Shown here: in pieces, positions 10,339 through 20,513 of the stretch
Layout of the letters: every line of letters begins with the position of its first letter
Position numbering within the stretch: position 1 is the first letter of the stretch
Assembly (NCBI GenBank): GCA_963733375.1
Contig: CAVTDB010000010.1
Span: 30,717 to 94,716, forward strand
Length of the DNA stretch: 64,000 nt
Direction of reading: 5' to 3'
Source: Nitrospirota bacterium
GTDB lineage: Bacteria; Nitrospirota; JACRHJ01
Program-made: the position numbers and the translations under genes
The notes under the pieces: model-generated
What the model was told of the DNA's origin: nothing
Seen by the model: the letters and a program-made list of their open reading frames with translations, nothing else
Database searches by the model: none

Positions 10339-12659
10339 TTTATGTACCATTTCCCTTTCGCGTCGTCATAGACTGCATCCAACGGCGTGTTCAAAGTTGA
10401 CGTTACGGCGTTTGCGATGTTCCCGGAAGTGCCTGTGGAAAATACTCCGTCAGGGATGATGGTAATCTTACCGTGCCAGCCGGTCGCGGGAAGGTTGATA
10501 GTGTTGATTGTAGTCGTGCCGGTTACGTGAAACATCTGGCCGGTCGGCGTTATCGTGGACGCGCTGGCGACGGGGTCTCCCCATCCCGTGCTTATGAAAG
10601 GTACGGTCAGCACCTTCCCTGTCGGGTCGTAAACAAATCCCGAACTCTGCGTAAGGCTTACAGCAGAGTAATTGACCGGCTTTACCGAGAAATAGGTTAT
10701 CGTCGCGCTCGGAGTGCTTCCAGAAGCAACGATGCCGATATATTCAACCCTTGCCGCCGTGATTGTCTGCGTGAAAGTGCCTGTAGTGTTATGCCCCGTC
10801 GTGTATTGAGTCCCGCTCGCCGACCACAGTCCCGCCGATACGTACGTCCCGCTCGTTACGGCGGATATTGTAATCGTTATCTGATACGCTTGACCAGGAA
10901 CGCTATAAAGAATGGGGTGCGTATACGTCTCGCCGACCCCGCCGGAGTTGGACACGACCAGCGTCCCGTTACCTGGCACAGTCCAGCCGGTCACGGTTGA
11001 CCAATCACCTGGGGTTGCAAAATGCGGGTCCGGGTTCATCTCCGCGCCAATAATCGGCGTAGTCCCCGAAGATATATAAGTAACGCCGCCTGCCACGTTT
11101 AAAGCCGCCAAGTTGTCAAAGGGCGGCGCCGTCGTCACGGGAGAATAGGGCGGCCTGTAATTGAAATCGTCCCCCGCATATTGAGGGTTGTAGCCCTGGA
11201 TGAGTTTCGGTGCGTAGTTTATGGGCACATTCATCGAGGACATCAGGCCGAAGGAGGTAACGCCGCTCCAGTTCGTGAATGAGCCGGATGCTTTTGCGGT
11301 ATCCACCTTGATTGTCTGGGGTTTCGAGTCCTCTGTCCAGACCCAGCTTGAAGGGTTGCCGTTTGAATCCTTGGCCGTCAGCGTGAAGATGCCGTTCACC
11401 GTGTCGTGCCTGTAGCCCACCACCCTTTTTCCGACCGCCCAGGAGACAAGCTGTTGGAGCATCTTCCCGGCCTGGGTGAGATACGACGGATGAGCAGGGT
11501 TCACTGGTAATATGGCAGACCAGTCATGGTCCATGCCGTACATGAAAACCTTGTCGCACCCGGAGGCAAGGCCGGACAAAAACATCCGCGTGAGATACCC
11601 CGCCTGCTGTTTGGATGGCATGGGAGTTGCCGGGCCATAGTCTCCGCCAGACACGCCCAGGCCCGTTACTGCGTCGGTATAGGAGTTCCAGGTCGTCTCC
11701 GTATCCCATAAGGGAAGGCTTCCCACGCCGTATTTGAACATGACCGCCCGCACCCGGTCAGCGAGGTCAACCATGTCATCGGGTGGCCCTGAGACGTAGA
11801 GGTGATACCCGGCAACATCGATGGAGTTTAAAGCTCCGAGTGATTGAAGGGCGGAGAAATATGAGTCGAGCCACGAAATGCTTCCCGTCCCCGTACAGGA
11901 CGCGCTTACAATCTTCGCGGCGGGGTCAACGGCCTTTATCGCGGTGCTCGCCTCCTGAGTCAGAGCGGCAAGCTGGGTGGGCGTCCCAAGGTAATAACCG
12001 GGCGGTTCGTTCCATATCTCATACGCCTCTATCTCGCCCTTGTACCTTGTCGCCAATGCCGTGCAGAAGTTTTCCCAGTATTCCGGATGCGCGGGATCGG
12101 GCGTGTTGTAGTTGTAATATGCGGAGCCGGGGTTGCTGTCCGCCGCGCCCGCGACCGCCCAGGACGGAGGCTGTCCGAGCGTGAACGTTATCTCCATGTT
12201 GTTCGCTCTCGCCCACGCCACGTAAGCATCTAAATTAGTCCAACTGTAAACGCCGTTAGCGGTCTCGATTGCCTTCCATGTCAGGTTAGATTCCCATGTA
12301 TCCCACGTCCGCACGGAGCCCGCGGTATTAGCAAACCAGGGCGTAAGGGTCGTATTGCTGGAAAAGCGCGGGTGCGCGAAGTGCGTCCCGAAGAAGTCCA
12401 TCGTTATCGGCTGGTTGCTGTGGGTGTAAGCTGCTGTCTGACTGGCAAGACTCGACACAGTTGCATAACCGGGGCTATTGGTAATATTATGGCCGCCCAG
12501 GTTAATGTCAGCGTTCATGGGTTTAGTGCCCGCCAGATTCAAAAAAGTATTTACAATCTGTTGCATCGAGGGGCGGACAGGGCCATCGGCGGCAAGCGCC
12601 GCGGTAGCGCACCCGCCGACTATGCAAAGCATCGAAAGGATAAGAAGGTATTTTTTCAT
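10335..12659 (-). CDS. Signal-peptide clan-A glycoside hydrolase (GH5/GH39-like) with carbohydrate-binding and tail-fibre-like segments
   Basis: Signal peptide MKKYLLILSMLC...ALA; acid/base YEIWNEP; nucleophile LWDTET; YHLY; fibre-like GTKPMNADINLGGHNITN and VASASTITPTGQMFHVTGTTTINTI. Confidence 0.75.
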   Translation of the reverse strand: MKKYLLILSMLCIVGGCATAALAADGPVRPSMQQIVNTFLNLAGTKPMNADINLGGHNITNSPGYATVSSLASQTAAYTHSNQPITMDFFGTHFAHPRFSSNTTLTPWFANTAGSVRTWDTWESNLTWKAIETANGVYSWTNLDAYVAWARANNMEITFTLGQPPSWAVAGAADSNPGSAYYNYNTPDPAHPEYWENFCTALATRYKGEIEAYEIWNEPPGYYLGTPTQLAALTQEASTAIKAVDPAAKIVSASCTGTGSISWLDSYFSALQSLGALNSIDVAGYHLYVSGPPDDMVDLADRVRAVMFKYGVGSLPLWDTETTWNSYTDAVTGLGVSGGDYGPATPMPSKQQAGYLTRMFLSGLASGCDKVFMYGMDHDWSAILPVNPAHPSYLTQAGKMLQQLVSWAVGKRVVGYRHDTVNGIFTLTAKDSNGNPSSWVWTEDSKPQTIKVDTAKASGSFTNWSGVTSFGLMSSMNVPINYAPKLIQGYNPQYAGDDFNYRPPYSPVTTAPPFDNLAALNVAGGVTYISSGTTPIIGAEMNPDPHFATPGDWSTVTGWTVPGNGTLVVSNSGGVGETYTHPILYSVPGQAYQITITISAVTSGTYVSAGLWSASGTQYTTGHNTTGTFTQTITAARVEYIGIVASGSTPSATITYFSVKPVNYSAVSLTQSSGFVYDPTGKVLTVPFISTGWGDPVASASTITPTGQMFHVTGTTTINTINLPATGWHGKITIIPDGVFSTGTSGNIANAVTSTLNTPLDAVYDDAKGKWYIK

Positions 12660-12683
12660 TGTTCTCCTCTCCTGAATTGGAGA

Positions 12684-13079
12684 CTAAATTACGCCCTTCG
12701 CCCTGAGCGCCTGCACCGTGGCCGTAAGATAGTTGTCCACCGTGTTCCCGTCGAGGCCCAGCGCCGCGCCTATCTCGCTCACGTCGCCGGTAGTCGCCGA
12801 CGCAAGGGACTGGATGCCGGTGGCCTTCAGGTCCACAAGGATGCTGTCGAGTGCGGCCTGTGTCTTGTTGCCGGTCGAGGATGCCGCGCCCACGACCGCC
12901 TTGATGACAATACCCGGAAGCTGAGGCAGTTCCTTCGCTATAGCGGTAGATAGTATGTGCCATGCGACCGTCCCCACTTCCTGGATGTCGGCGAGCGCCG
13001 TCTTTTCCGCGTTCTGAAAAAAGCCCTTGATCTCCGTCAAAATGTCCTGCCCCGGATTCGCATTCACTTCCATCTTCAA
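12684..13079 (-). CDS. Hypothetical protein in phage-like operon
   Basis: 131-aa ORF coupled to the upstream ORF by TTGA overlap. Confidence 0.6.
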   Translation of the reverse strand: MKMEVNANPGQDILTEIKGFFQNAEKTALADIQEVGTVAWHILSTAIAKELPQLPGIVIKAVVGAASSTGNKTQAALDSILVDLKATGIQSLASATTGDVSEIGAALGLDGNTVDNYLTATVQALRAKGVI

Positions 13080-13228
13080 CCCCCTGATTCTCTTGATTGT
13101 AAAAGGGCCGCGAGAAATTTCGCTCCCATTTTGATTTCATTCCCCAGGCTTACCGGCTCCGGGGGGATTTCGCCCGAAAGCTCTTCCATCTCCAGAAAAG
13201 GAGCGGTATGTTCTTCTTCGCCGCTCAA
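13076..13228 (-). CDS. 50-aa acidic hypothetical protein; absent from ORF track
   Basis: Manual translation MSGEEEHTAPFLEMEELSGEIPPEPVSLGNEIKMGAKFLAALLQSRESGG*; 4-nt TTGA overlaps at both ends. Confidence 0.55.
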   Translation of the reverse strand: MSGEEEHTAPFLEMEELSGEIPPEPVSLGNEIKMGAKFLAALLQSRESGG

Positions 13229-13572
13229 ACGGTCTGCCCCATCGCCTTGGCCGCATCGGCGACTGTAGCGGCAGGCACTGCGGAGCCGAGCGCCTTGGCC
13301 ACGCCAGCCACGGATTCGGCTGACGTGCTGACGCCCATCTTATAGGTCTTGTGCATTATCCCCAGGCCTGTCAATCCCATGCCCACCAGTTTGAGGTCGG
13401 CCTGCCAGGATGTCGCTCCGCCTGGGAGTTGCAAGTCCGGGTATACCTTGCCTACGGCGACAACAACACCGTAGAGGACGAGGCACAGCGCCCCGATTTT
13501 AGTTTTGTACCCGCTTAAACGGCTCGCAGCCATTCCAGCAAACCAGTTCGCGAACCATTCTTTTATCATCAT
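13225..13572 (-). CDS. Holin-like membrane protein
   Basis: Two hydrophobic segments; GYKT...GLTGLGI.HK pattern; directly after the endolysin. Confidence 0.55.
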   Translation of the reverse strand: MMIKEWFANWFAGMAASRLSGYKTKIGALCLVLYGVVVAVGKVYPDLQLPGGATSWQADLKLVGMGLTGLGIMHKTYKMGVSTSAESVAGVAKALGSAVPAATVADAAKAMGQTV

Positions 13573-13584
13573 CTTTACCCTCCC

Positions 13585-14022
13585 CTAAGCTACCGTTTCC
13601 GTCCTCGCCTGAGCAAGCGTCAAACCCGGATGATACTCGAAATGCCCCAGGTCTCCCCTTACGCTTTTAAAATCGCCTCCCCATAAAAGGCCCAATGATT
13701 TTCCGATATTACCCGCCTCAGTATATTTGGGTGAGTTCCAGTTTATTTTCCCGCCCTCGACGACCGCTACATCGTACGCCCGCCTGAAGTTATGCCACGA
13801 GGACCCGGGGCGCGCATTGGTGACTTTTCTCCCGCCGTCCGGTCCCCTGCCAGTCTCGTAAAGCGCGGCTTGTTCCTGTAAAGTCCGGTATCCCTGGACC
13901 ACCACGAGGTCGATCCCGGCTTCACTGCATAAATCCAGGTGCCTCTGGGCGAGAGAGCGCAGTTCGGGAGTAAGGGCCGCCAGCATCTCCCGGTTCTTTT
14001 TTTCCTGTACATCCGTCATCAT
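13585..14022 (-). CDS. Endolysin, M15 family peptidase (L-Ala-D-Glu type)
   Basis: QGYRTLQEQAALY..GR, VTNARPGSSWHNF..AYD, WGGDF, DLGHFE. Confidence 0.9.
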   Translation of the reverse strand: MMTDVQEKKNREMLAALTPELRSLAQRHLDLCSEAGIDLVVVQGYRTLQEQAALYETGRGPDGGRKVTNARPGSSWHNFRRAYDVAVVEGGKINWNSPKYTEAGNIGKSLGLLWGGDFKSVRGDLGHFEYHPGLTLAQARTETVA

Positions 14023-14258
14023 TGCGCGAATATCCTATCAGCCATATTGTCCATTTTTGTTTCCATGCGCTCCAGCCTCTGGAGGACTTCGTCCCGCCAA
14101 AGCTCGTTATTGTGCCTGCACTCGGAGCGGGTGGTTTCGCAGTCGTGCTTACCCACGTACTTCTCCGGCGCCTGGTCCGCCGCCCTCATCGTGCGTGCGT
14201 AAAAGAACGCCAGTACGAACCCGATTGCGGCGGCCATTTCCTGCGTCAGCCAATCCAT
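14019..14258 (-). CDS. Small TM plus coiled-coil protein (holin-like or lysis-associated)
   Basis: N-terminal TM; YV...C...R..C; coiled-coil LERMETKMDNM; ATGA overlap with the endolysin. Confidence 0.5.
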   Translation of the reverse strand: MDWLTQEMAAAIGFVLAFFYARTMRAADQAPEKYVGKHDCETTRSECRHNNELWRDEVLQRLERMETKMDNMADRIFAQ

Positions 14259-14260
14259 CT

Positions 14261-16847
14261 CTATACCTCCCGGACGATAAGCCGTAAAAGGTCCGGCTTC
14301 TTTTTTTTAAAGCTGCCGGGAACCAGAGATACATCCTCCACAAAAAATTCCGCGCCCGAGAGTGAGAATGCGGCCGAAGGCCAATCAAACGAAATGACGT
14401 CTCCGCGCTCGACGCCAAAACAGTCGAGAAAAGTAAAAACAAGAACCCGCCTCTTCACGTCTTTATAGCGGGTGATAAAGAAATCCCGCAGGTCGGACGC
14501 CTCGGAGGCAAATGAAATAAAGTCAAAAAAGAAGGGACGCGAAGGTGTCATTTTCCCGAACCTGGAGGCGGAGGTCGGGTCTCCGCCGGATGGATAAAGC
14601 GCTGTCTGGGAACAGACGGATAAATAGCCCGCGGAGTTTGCGCCTTTACCAAAATCCCGCTGGTAGTGCAGGTCGAGAGCGTTTATCAGCTCGTCCCTTG
14701 CCGTACGGTAAACCTCCAGGCCATCTAACTGGACGAGTTCTTTCCCCAGGGTCAAGTCCGGGGACAGCGAACCGTTGGACAGGAATTTTATTTTTGCCGC
14801 GTATCCGTCGTGCTTGAGCGCCAGGCGCGACTGCATGCAGAGTTTCTCGATGAACTTAAACCCGCCGACCACCGTATCGATTACACCGGCAAACTTATAA
14901 CCTGCCGGCTATCGCGCCTGCCAGCGAAGAGCGGGCGGAGGCGAACGAGCCGTCTATTTCCGATGTCGGCGTGCCCAGGTAATTCGCGAGGAAATGACGG
15001 ATTACGTCCGCCGGGTTTTCTATCAGCGCGCCCGGCGTGCCTGTGATGCTCCCGGAGGCGTCGTCGAAATTGCCGTCCACGTCGCATGTAACCGTACCGC
15101 CGATCACATAATCCGCCGCCGATCTGCCGGAGAGGGCGACTCCGGTAGCAGGCGAGGCGCCGCCGTTATACGGCACGTAAGTCACCTCTACCCATTGCTC
15201 GAAAAATGCGGCTGACGCAACTCCGGAGTAATACGTGGCGCGGATGGACATACCGGAGAAATCGTTCCAGGAAACTGCGCCCGTCGCGGCGCGGGAGAGA
15301 GTCCCGGCGGTCTTGCACGTCTGCATCGACGAGCCGCCGCCCTGGACATACGCGCCGGCGAATATTCCCCCACGGATCGTGCTCCTGCCGACCCCGTTAT
15401 AGGTTGCCTGTCCGATTGCGGCGCAGAGTTTCGCGCCGACTATATATCCTTTATCCGTCGCCAGGAACGAGCGGACCGTGTCGATATAGCCGTCCGCGAC
15501 GATTATTGCGCCGAAAGCGCCCAGGTTCTTGTCGCACAGGGCAGCGGCGCTCCCGGCGGCGGGGGCGTCGAACAGGTCCTGGACCGCATCCTGAAAAACG
15601 GTCTCGGTCTGGGTTCGGATTATCGCGCCGGTATAACTCCCGGCAGCCATCGTCCTCCCTTCCACGCTCTGCACGTCGATATAATTAGAGCCGTTGCCGG
15701 TGATGTAGAAATAGTATCCGGCAGAATCCATGAACGCCATGCCCACATGTTCGTTCGCCGTCCACGCGGGGTTTACGGAGGCCGTCCAGCGCGTAGTCGT
15801 CGTCCTGCTCCCTTGTCCGCTCCACGAGGAGTCCGTGTGGGAATGGCTGCCTTCGCCGACGCTTAAATCCACCGCTTTTTCCAGTACGAATTTGTCGCTG
15901 AAGGAGAGCTTTGCCCTCCCGCCGCCGTCGTCCGTGGTGCGGGTAACTCCGGAGAGTACCCGTACGCCGCCGACATAGACGTCCCCGATGGACCGGACGG
16001 GATGCCCGGCCACAAGGTAATCGTAGGCGCTTTTTATCTCGAATACCTTCGCGCCCATCTTATGGGATGCGGCCGTTGTCCCGGCCGCGGCGCGAGAGAC
16101 GCCGGTCAGTATCTTCCCGGAGAGGCCGGTATAGCTTATTTGCTCCTCGCCCACCTGCAGCAGCCCCGAAGATGGAAACGCCATCTCACCGGGCGCAAGG
16201 GAGAGCTCGATACCCGCCGTCTGGGCCAGCGTAACGTCCGAGGCCAGCGTGGAGACCGCTCCGGCGGAGACCGCCGGGCATGGGACGCCGTTCACGGAGC
16301 CGTATATTATCTTTTCTATTTCACCGACCGCGTGAGGGTCCGCATCCGGCCAGGCGTCTCTGCTGATTACCGTGCCTACTGACCGGTCCCTGTCCTTGAA
16401 CGTCCCGGCCAGAGATAGCCTGACGGAACTTTCATCATAGGAGACGGAGGCCGACTTGGCCGTATATTTCGCGCCGGAGGATGGAGCGGAAATTTTAAAT
16501 TTCCCGACGGTCTCCTTGTCGGCATAATCCGTCCCCTCAAACCACAGGAACAGCTCGACCTCTGTATTTTCCGGGTCGCCTGATTCAATCAACGTTGAAA
16601 AAGGCGGGGTCGCCGAGTTGGCGACCTCGATCTCCATATCCGGGAGAGCGATTGAGAAAAGTCCCTTGCCGGCGGCGGCGGGCACGCCCCAGCCCGTGAC
16701 AAGACCCGAAAACGCCGGGCCGCCGCCCGGGGTTACGTCCCTGTCCGAGAGGAAGACATCGCCGCCCGCGAAATGAAAAACAGCGAGGATATAAGCAGGC
16801 GAACGTCCCGCCGCCGCCTGGGCAAAATTATCGTTCACTGTGCGCAT
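14261..16847 (-). CDS. Baseplate hub / tail-tip-like protein, ~860 aa (one apparent frameshift near 14890)
   Basis: IIYGSV..VPC, YLVAGHPV..I.DVYVGG, CDVDG, TGTPGALIENPADVIRHFL; C-terminal ERGDVI OB-like segment. Confidence 0.6.
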
Positions 16848-17269
16848 CAGCCGATTATCTCCTTCAGGAGCAGAGTACCCTCCCAGGCGCCGTCATCCGT
16901 GAGGGAGAATTCGAGCTTGTCCTGGCCGAATACCACGGAATGCGATTTCCCGAACGGGTCGGCGTACGTGAAACTCTTGCCCGACTGGCTGATGAACCAG
17001 TTGACGAGGCTCTGGCTGCCGGAGGCCTGGGCGCCCGCGGCGTAATCGAACCCGCCGTCGAAATCGGCCGCCGGAAGGCCGATGAAATTCAATGCGATAA
17101 GCATCGAGCTATTGCCCTTGCGGATGAAGATGTCTTCGCCGCCCTCGCTCTTTAAAGGGACGAGGCCCGGGTCCAGCGTAACCTTGCCCGGATAGCTGGG
17201 GTTCACGGAGAAGTTGAGCGCAGTCAAACCGACCGCGGTAAAGGAAGCGCCAGGCATTAAAACCTCCAT
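16847..17269 (-). CDS. Distal-tail (Dit/gpM-like) protein
   Basis: 140 aa; C-terminal FTYADP...V.F....F......W.GTL.L.E pattern; directly upstream of the hub. Confidence 0.45.
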   Translation of the reverse strand: MEVLMPGASFTAVGLTALNFSVNPSYPGKVTLDPGLVPLKSEGGEDIFIRKGNSSMLIALNFIGLPAADFDGGFDYAAGAQASGSQSLVNWFISQSGKSFTYADPFGKSHSVVFGQDKLEFSLTDDGAWEGTLLLKEIIG

Positions 17270-17271
17270 TT

Positions 17272-17703
17272 TCAGCTTTCGAGCGTGACATACCGGACCA
17301 GGTAATAATTCGCGGACGCATATGCGAAACCGTCGTGCGCGGTCACCGGTGATTCGCCCTCAAGCCTGGGGGGATAGGTCCCCACGCCTAAGTCCACGCC
17401 GAGCAGCAGAGGGCGCACGTCCTCCAGGAGTTTCAGCGGCTCCGGAGTTACCCCGTAACGCGCGACGGCGGTGACGCCAAACGCTATCCGCTCCACGTAA
17501 GCCTGATATGGGCCCGGCTTGCATGTTGACGACAGGAAAGAGACCGCGATCGCAGGCAAAGCCGGGGCCGTGGCTAAAAGCTCCTCGGGCGGGAGAGTAT
17601 CGCTGACAAAGACAGAGCGCGCCGGGCCGCCTCCGGACATGAGCATGGGCGACAGGGCAGAGACTACCGCATCCAGCAACTCTTTTCGCGTATGGATCGC
17701 CAT
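17272..17703 (-). CDS. Mu gp37-like (DUF1834) tail terminator / connector
   Basis: LPAIAVSF, LLEDVR.LL.G.DLG; position after gp36. Confidence 0.55.
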   Translation of the reverse strand: MAIHTRKELLDAVVSALSPMLMSGGGPARSVFVSDTLPPEELLATAPALPAIAVSFLSSTCKPGPYQAYVERIAFGVTAVARYGVTPEPLKLLEDVRPLLLGVDLGVGTYPPRLEGESPVTAHDGFAYASANYYLVRYVTLES

Positions 17704-17720
17704 TTATATCTCCGCCTCCA

Positions 17721-18113
17721 TCAGAAGTCCTCCATCGTGTCCCGGCTGAAGCCCCTTGGGCAGCTTGAGAATGACGGCAGGGAGGCGAAAGAAGGCAATG
17801 TAATAGTGCCGTCCGCCAGCCGCCCCAGCGTTTCGAGCGCCCTCGCGTACGAGTCCTTTACCTCCGCCGGGACCGTCGCCTGGCGGAGGTAAAGGTTGTA
17901 CAGCGCTATATCCGCCGTCAGCTTTTTCACGAGCTGAGGCGGGTCGATAAGCGGCGTCTGGTACTGCTTTGAGAGTGATGCGTCCACGACCGCCTGTGCG
18001 GAAGAAATGGCGTCGTCTGCCCGCGCGGTATTTATGGAGCCGGTGGACTCGTCGTCCGTAAGACGTACTAATACGTCCTCCGGGGCAGCTAAATCGGAGA
18101 CGGATATGTACAT
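17721..18113 (-). CDS. Mu gp36-like (DUF1320) head-tail connector
   Basis: MYISVSDL...LVRLTDD, AQAVVDASL...Y..PL, DIALYNLY.R, Y..A...L..LADG.I.L, FSRD. Confidence 0.85.
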   Translation of the reverse strand: MYISVSDLAAPEDVLVRLTDDESTGSINTARADDAISSAQAVVDASLSKQYQTPLIDPPQLVKKLTADIALYNLYLRQATVPAEVKDSYARALETLGRLADGTITLPSFASLPSFSSCPRGFSRDTMEDF

Positions 18114-18114
18114 A

Positions 18115-19002
18115 TTAAACCGTCCCGTCGGACCCGTACGCCAGCTGCCAGAGGCCATAGCCCGCGTTGTCTCTGGAGTCCACGCCGAAAACATATTCCT
18201 TCTTCATGAACGTGCCTTCGTCATCGGGGGTGTCTTTCGAGACGAATACGGGCGCTTTCCGCCTCTGGAAGATGAACGGCTTCACGGCCTTTTTCGTATC
18301 CAGGAGGTACCAGGCCGTGGGGCTGCCTGAGAGATACGGGGCGACGACCAGGTCGGCCGATTCCTTATAGATATTCGAACCGCCGTTTACGTCCAGGTCC
18401 GCCCTGAGTATCTCCAGCGCCGCCTTCTCGAGCTGTGGCGGGACGACGAGCAGGTCCGGCACCGCGTTCAGGGGCTTTCCGTGCTCATCCGTGAGCGACA
18501 TCATCTGCGCGCGCGCGGCGGCATAGCTGTCGGACGTGAGCGCGGCCGTGCTCTTGTTGGACTGGGTGGACGAGCCGTTCGGGTGCGCCGTGTCGAAGAA
18601 GGGCCTGCCGTCGTAACACGGATTGACAAAGCCGCCGGCTAAGAGGTCGAAGACCAGTTCGTCCGGATGCGTCGCGGATGCGTCGGCAAGGGCACGGACC
18701 ATGGGCGTATATATGCCCACCGCATCGTCCTCCACGTCGTTTCTGTCAAGGGCCACGGTGGCTTCCCAGTCACGGTTCTTTATGGTGTACGAGTAGGCGG
18801 AGAGGTTCTGTATCATACGCTCGCCCACCCATTCGCGCATCTTGGGCACGCGGCCCAGCCAGTTGTACTGCTCTTCACGGGAGGTGGAAGGTACTTCGGT
18901 CGCGACGCGGGGGTACAGCACGGAGGCGTTATCGAAGACCTCCTTGAAGATCGCGGAGAAGCCGCGGTAAAGAGAAGATAAATTTGCCTGGTTGATTATC
19001 AT
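18115..19002 (-). CDS. Mu-like major capsid protein gpT
   Basis: VPSTSREEQYNWLG..PKMREWVGER, YTIKNRDWEATV..DRNDVEDD, CYDGRPFFDTAHP, LLVVPPQLE, KPFIFQRRK, GYGLWQLAYGSDG. Confidence 0.95.
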   Translation of the reverse strand: MIINQANLSSLYRGFSAIFKEVFDNASVLYPRVATEVPSTSREEQYNWLGRVPKMREWVGERMIQNLSAYSYTIKNRDWEATVALDRNDVEDDAVGIYTPMVRALADASATHPDELVFDLLAGGFVNPCYDGRPFFDTAHPNGSSTQSNKSTAALTSDSYAAARAQMMSLTDEHGKPLNAVPDLLVVPPQLEKAALEILRADLDVNGGSNIYKESADLVVAPYLSGSPTAWYLLDTKKAVKPFIFQRRKAPVFVSKDTPDDEGTFMKKEYVFGVDSRDNAGYGLWQLAYGSDGTV

Positions 19003-19011
19003 TTTTCCTCC

Positions 19012-19421
19012 TTATATTCTGCTGATGTCTATATAGACGCTGGTCGCGGAGACGTACTCGGAAATGACCCCGCATTTGATGTGGTTGGTGGACCCGCCGG
19101 TGAGGCCGACGTTCTGGTCGTCCAGGGCAAAGACGGCGTCGCCCGCGTTTGAAAGCGCCATCCCGGAGGCGGCCAGGTTGAAACAGCCGCGCCTCCACAC
19201 CTCTACCTGCAAGCTTCCGCTTGCGCCGGCGGAGTTGTCCGCATACGCTCTGGCAATGCCCATGAACTTAAGCCCCGCCGTGTCCGAAGCCGGTACGGCA
19301 TAACCGTCCGCGCCGATGCAGACCATCCCCCCGGCATAGATTACCGCCCCGCCTTTTACCGGGTATGAGCGTACTTCCCTTCCTTCCTTACCGTGTCCCT
19401 GTCATTTGTCAGTGCCGACAT
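19012..19421 (-). CDS. Capsid decoration/cement-like protein (one apparent frameshift)
   Basis: MSALTNDRDT...PVKGGAVIYAGGMV....GYAVPA.DTAGL.F.G.A; the typical gene before gpT in Mu-like prophages; RBS GGAGGT. Confidence 0.7.
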
Positions 19422-19431
19422 CGATACCTCC

Positions 19432-20513
19432 TTAGTTGGTTGTGAATTTAAATACCGGCTGCTTTACGTCCGGACCGAAGTTCAGCGCCGTTAGCGGGCG
19501 CACTAAATCGCGGTTTATGGTGCGGGCGAGCGACCTGGCGTCCGCGCGGACGATGTCCATCCGCACCCCGTCATGCACCAGCTCCGGCGGCAAGGCTCCC
19601 GCTGCTCCCCACTTCCGTCGTGAGGGTCTGGCCCAGCACCGCCTTTGAAATCTCCTTGTTCATCACGTCTACCAGGTCCTTATAAGGTCCGCCGGACCCG
19701 CTCTTCGCCGCCTCGATGAACTGGATGCGGGTGCTCTCCGATATTATCCCGGCCGCGTCCGAACCCAGGTTGGTCACGGCTTCCATGAGCGCGTCCTTGT
19801 CCTCTTTCGACGCCGACGGTGAGTAAACGCCAAGGCGAAGTGGCATCCCGAATACCTCGCAGAAAGATACCCAGTCCTTGAGGGCATAGTTCTTGAACAG
19901 GTATATCCAGGAGAGCGTCCGGAGAAGGCCTCCCCGCTCCGGGTAATCCGCGCCCGCGCGGTACACGTGCACCATGAACTTCGACGGCGGAAGCGGGATG
20001 CCATATACCGGCTCGGCATCCGTCAGAAGGAGCGGCCGCTCGGAGGGGCCGTCCTGGGAGAGAAAGGTGAAGCGTTTTTGCGGCCTCTTCTTCAGGCTCC
20101 GCGGGACGAGGAAGTCATGGTCCAGTTCCCAGAGTAATCTCCGATACGGAAAATCCCTTGCCGACGGCATCCATCAAATCCGCCAGCGACTCGTCGAAGT
20201 TATCGAGCACTGGAGAGGCAGTCGGAAACGAACGACGCCGCTTCTGTTTCGGCCGGCCGCCGCCGCTTCCCGGGACTATCTCCCAGGGACAGCCGGCGAC
20301 GGAGAGCTTCCGGGTCTGGAGGCAGGAGAACAGATGCGCGTCCTTCTGCTCCATCTCGGAGAAAAGCTCCGCCTGCATGTTTATATAACCAGCATCGGCG
20401 TCCCGTAGTATCCGGGACAGCTTCCCTGGAGTCAGGCCGGACGAGGGATAATCGGACCAGCGGTCCCTCAGCGACGCGGTGGCGATTTCTTTTGTATATT
20501 CTTTTTTGTTCAT
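19432..20513 (-). CDS. Mu gp29-like portal (DUF935), about 360 aa, apparent frameshifts
   Basis: YPSSGLTP.KL..IL..ADAG, EMEQKDAHL...LQTRK, DWVSFCEVFGMPLRLG.Y, EISKAVLGQTLTT, VH..VR.DIV.AD; stop TAA at 19432. Confidence 0.9.
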
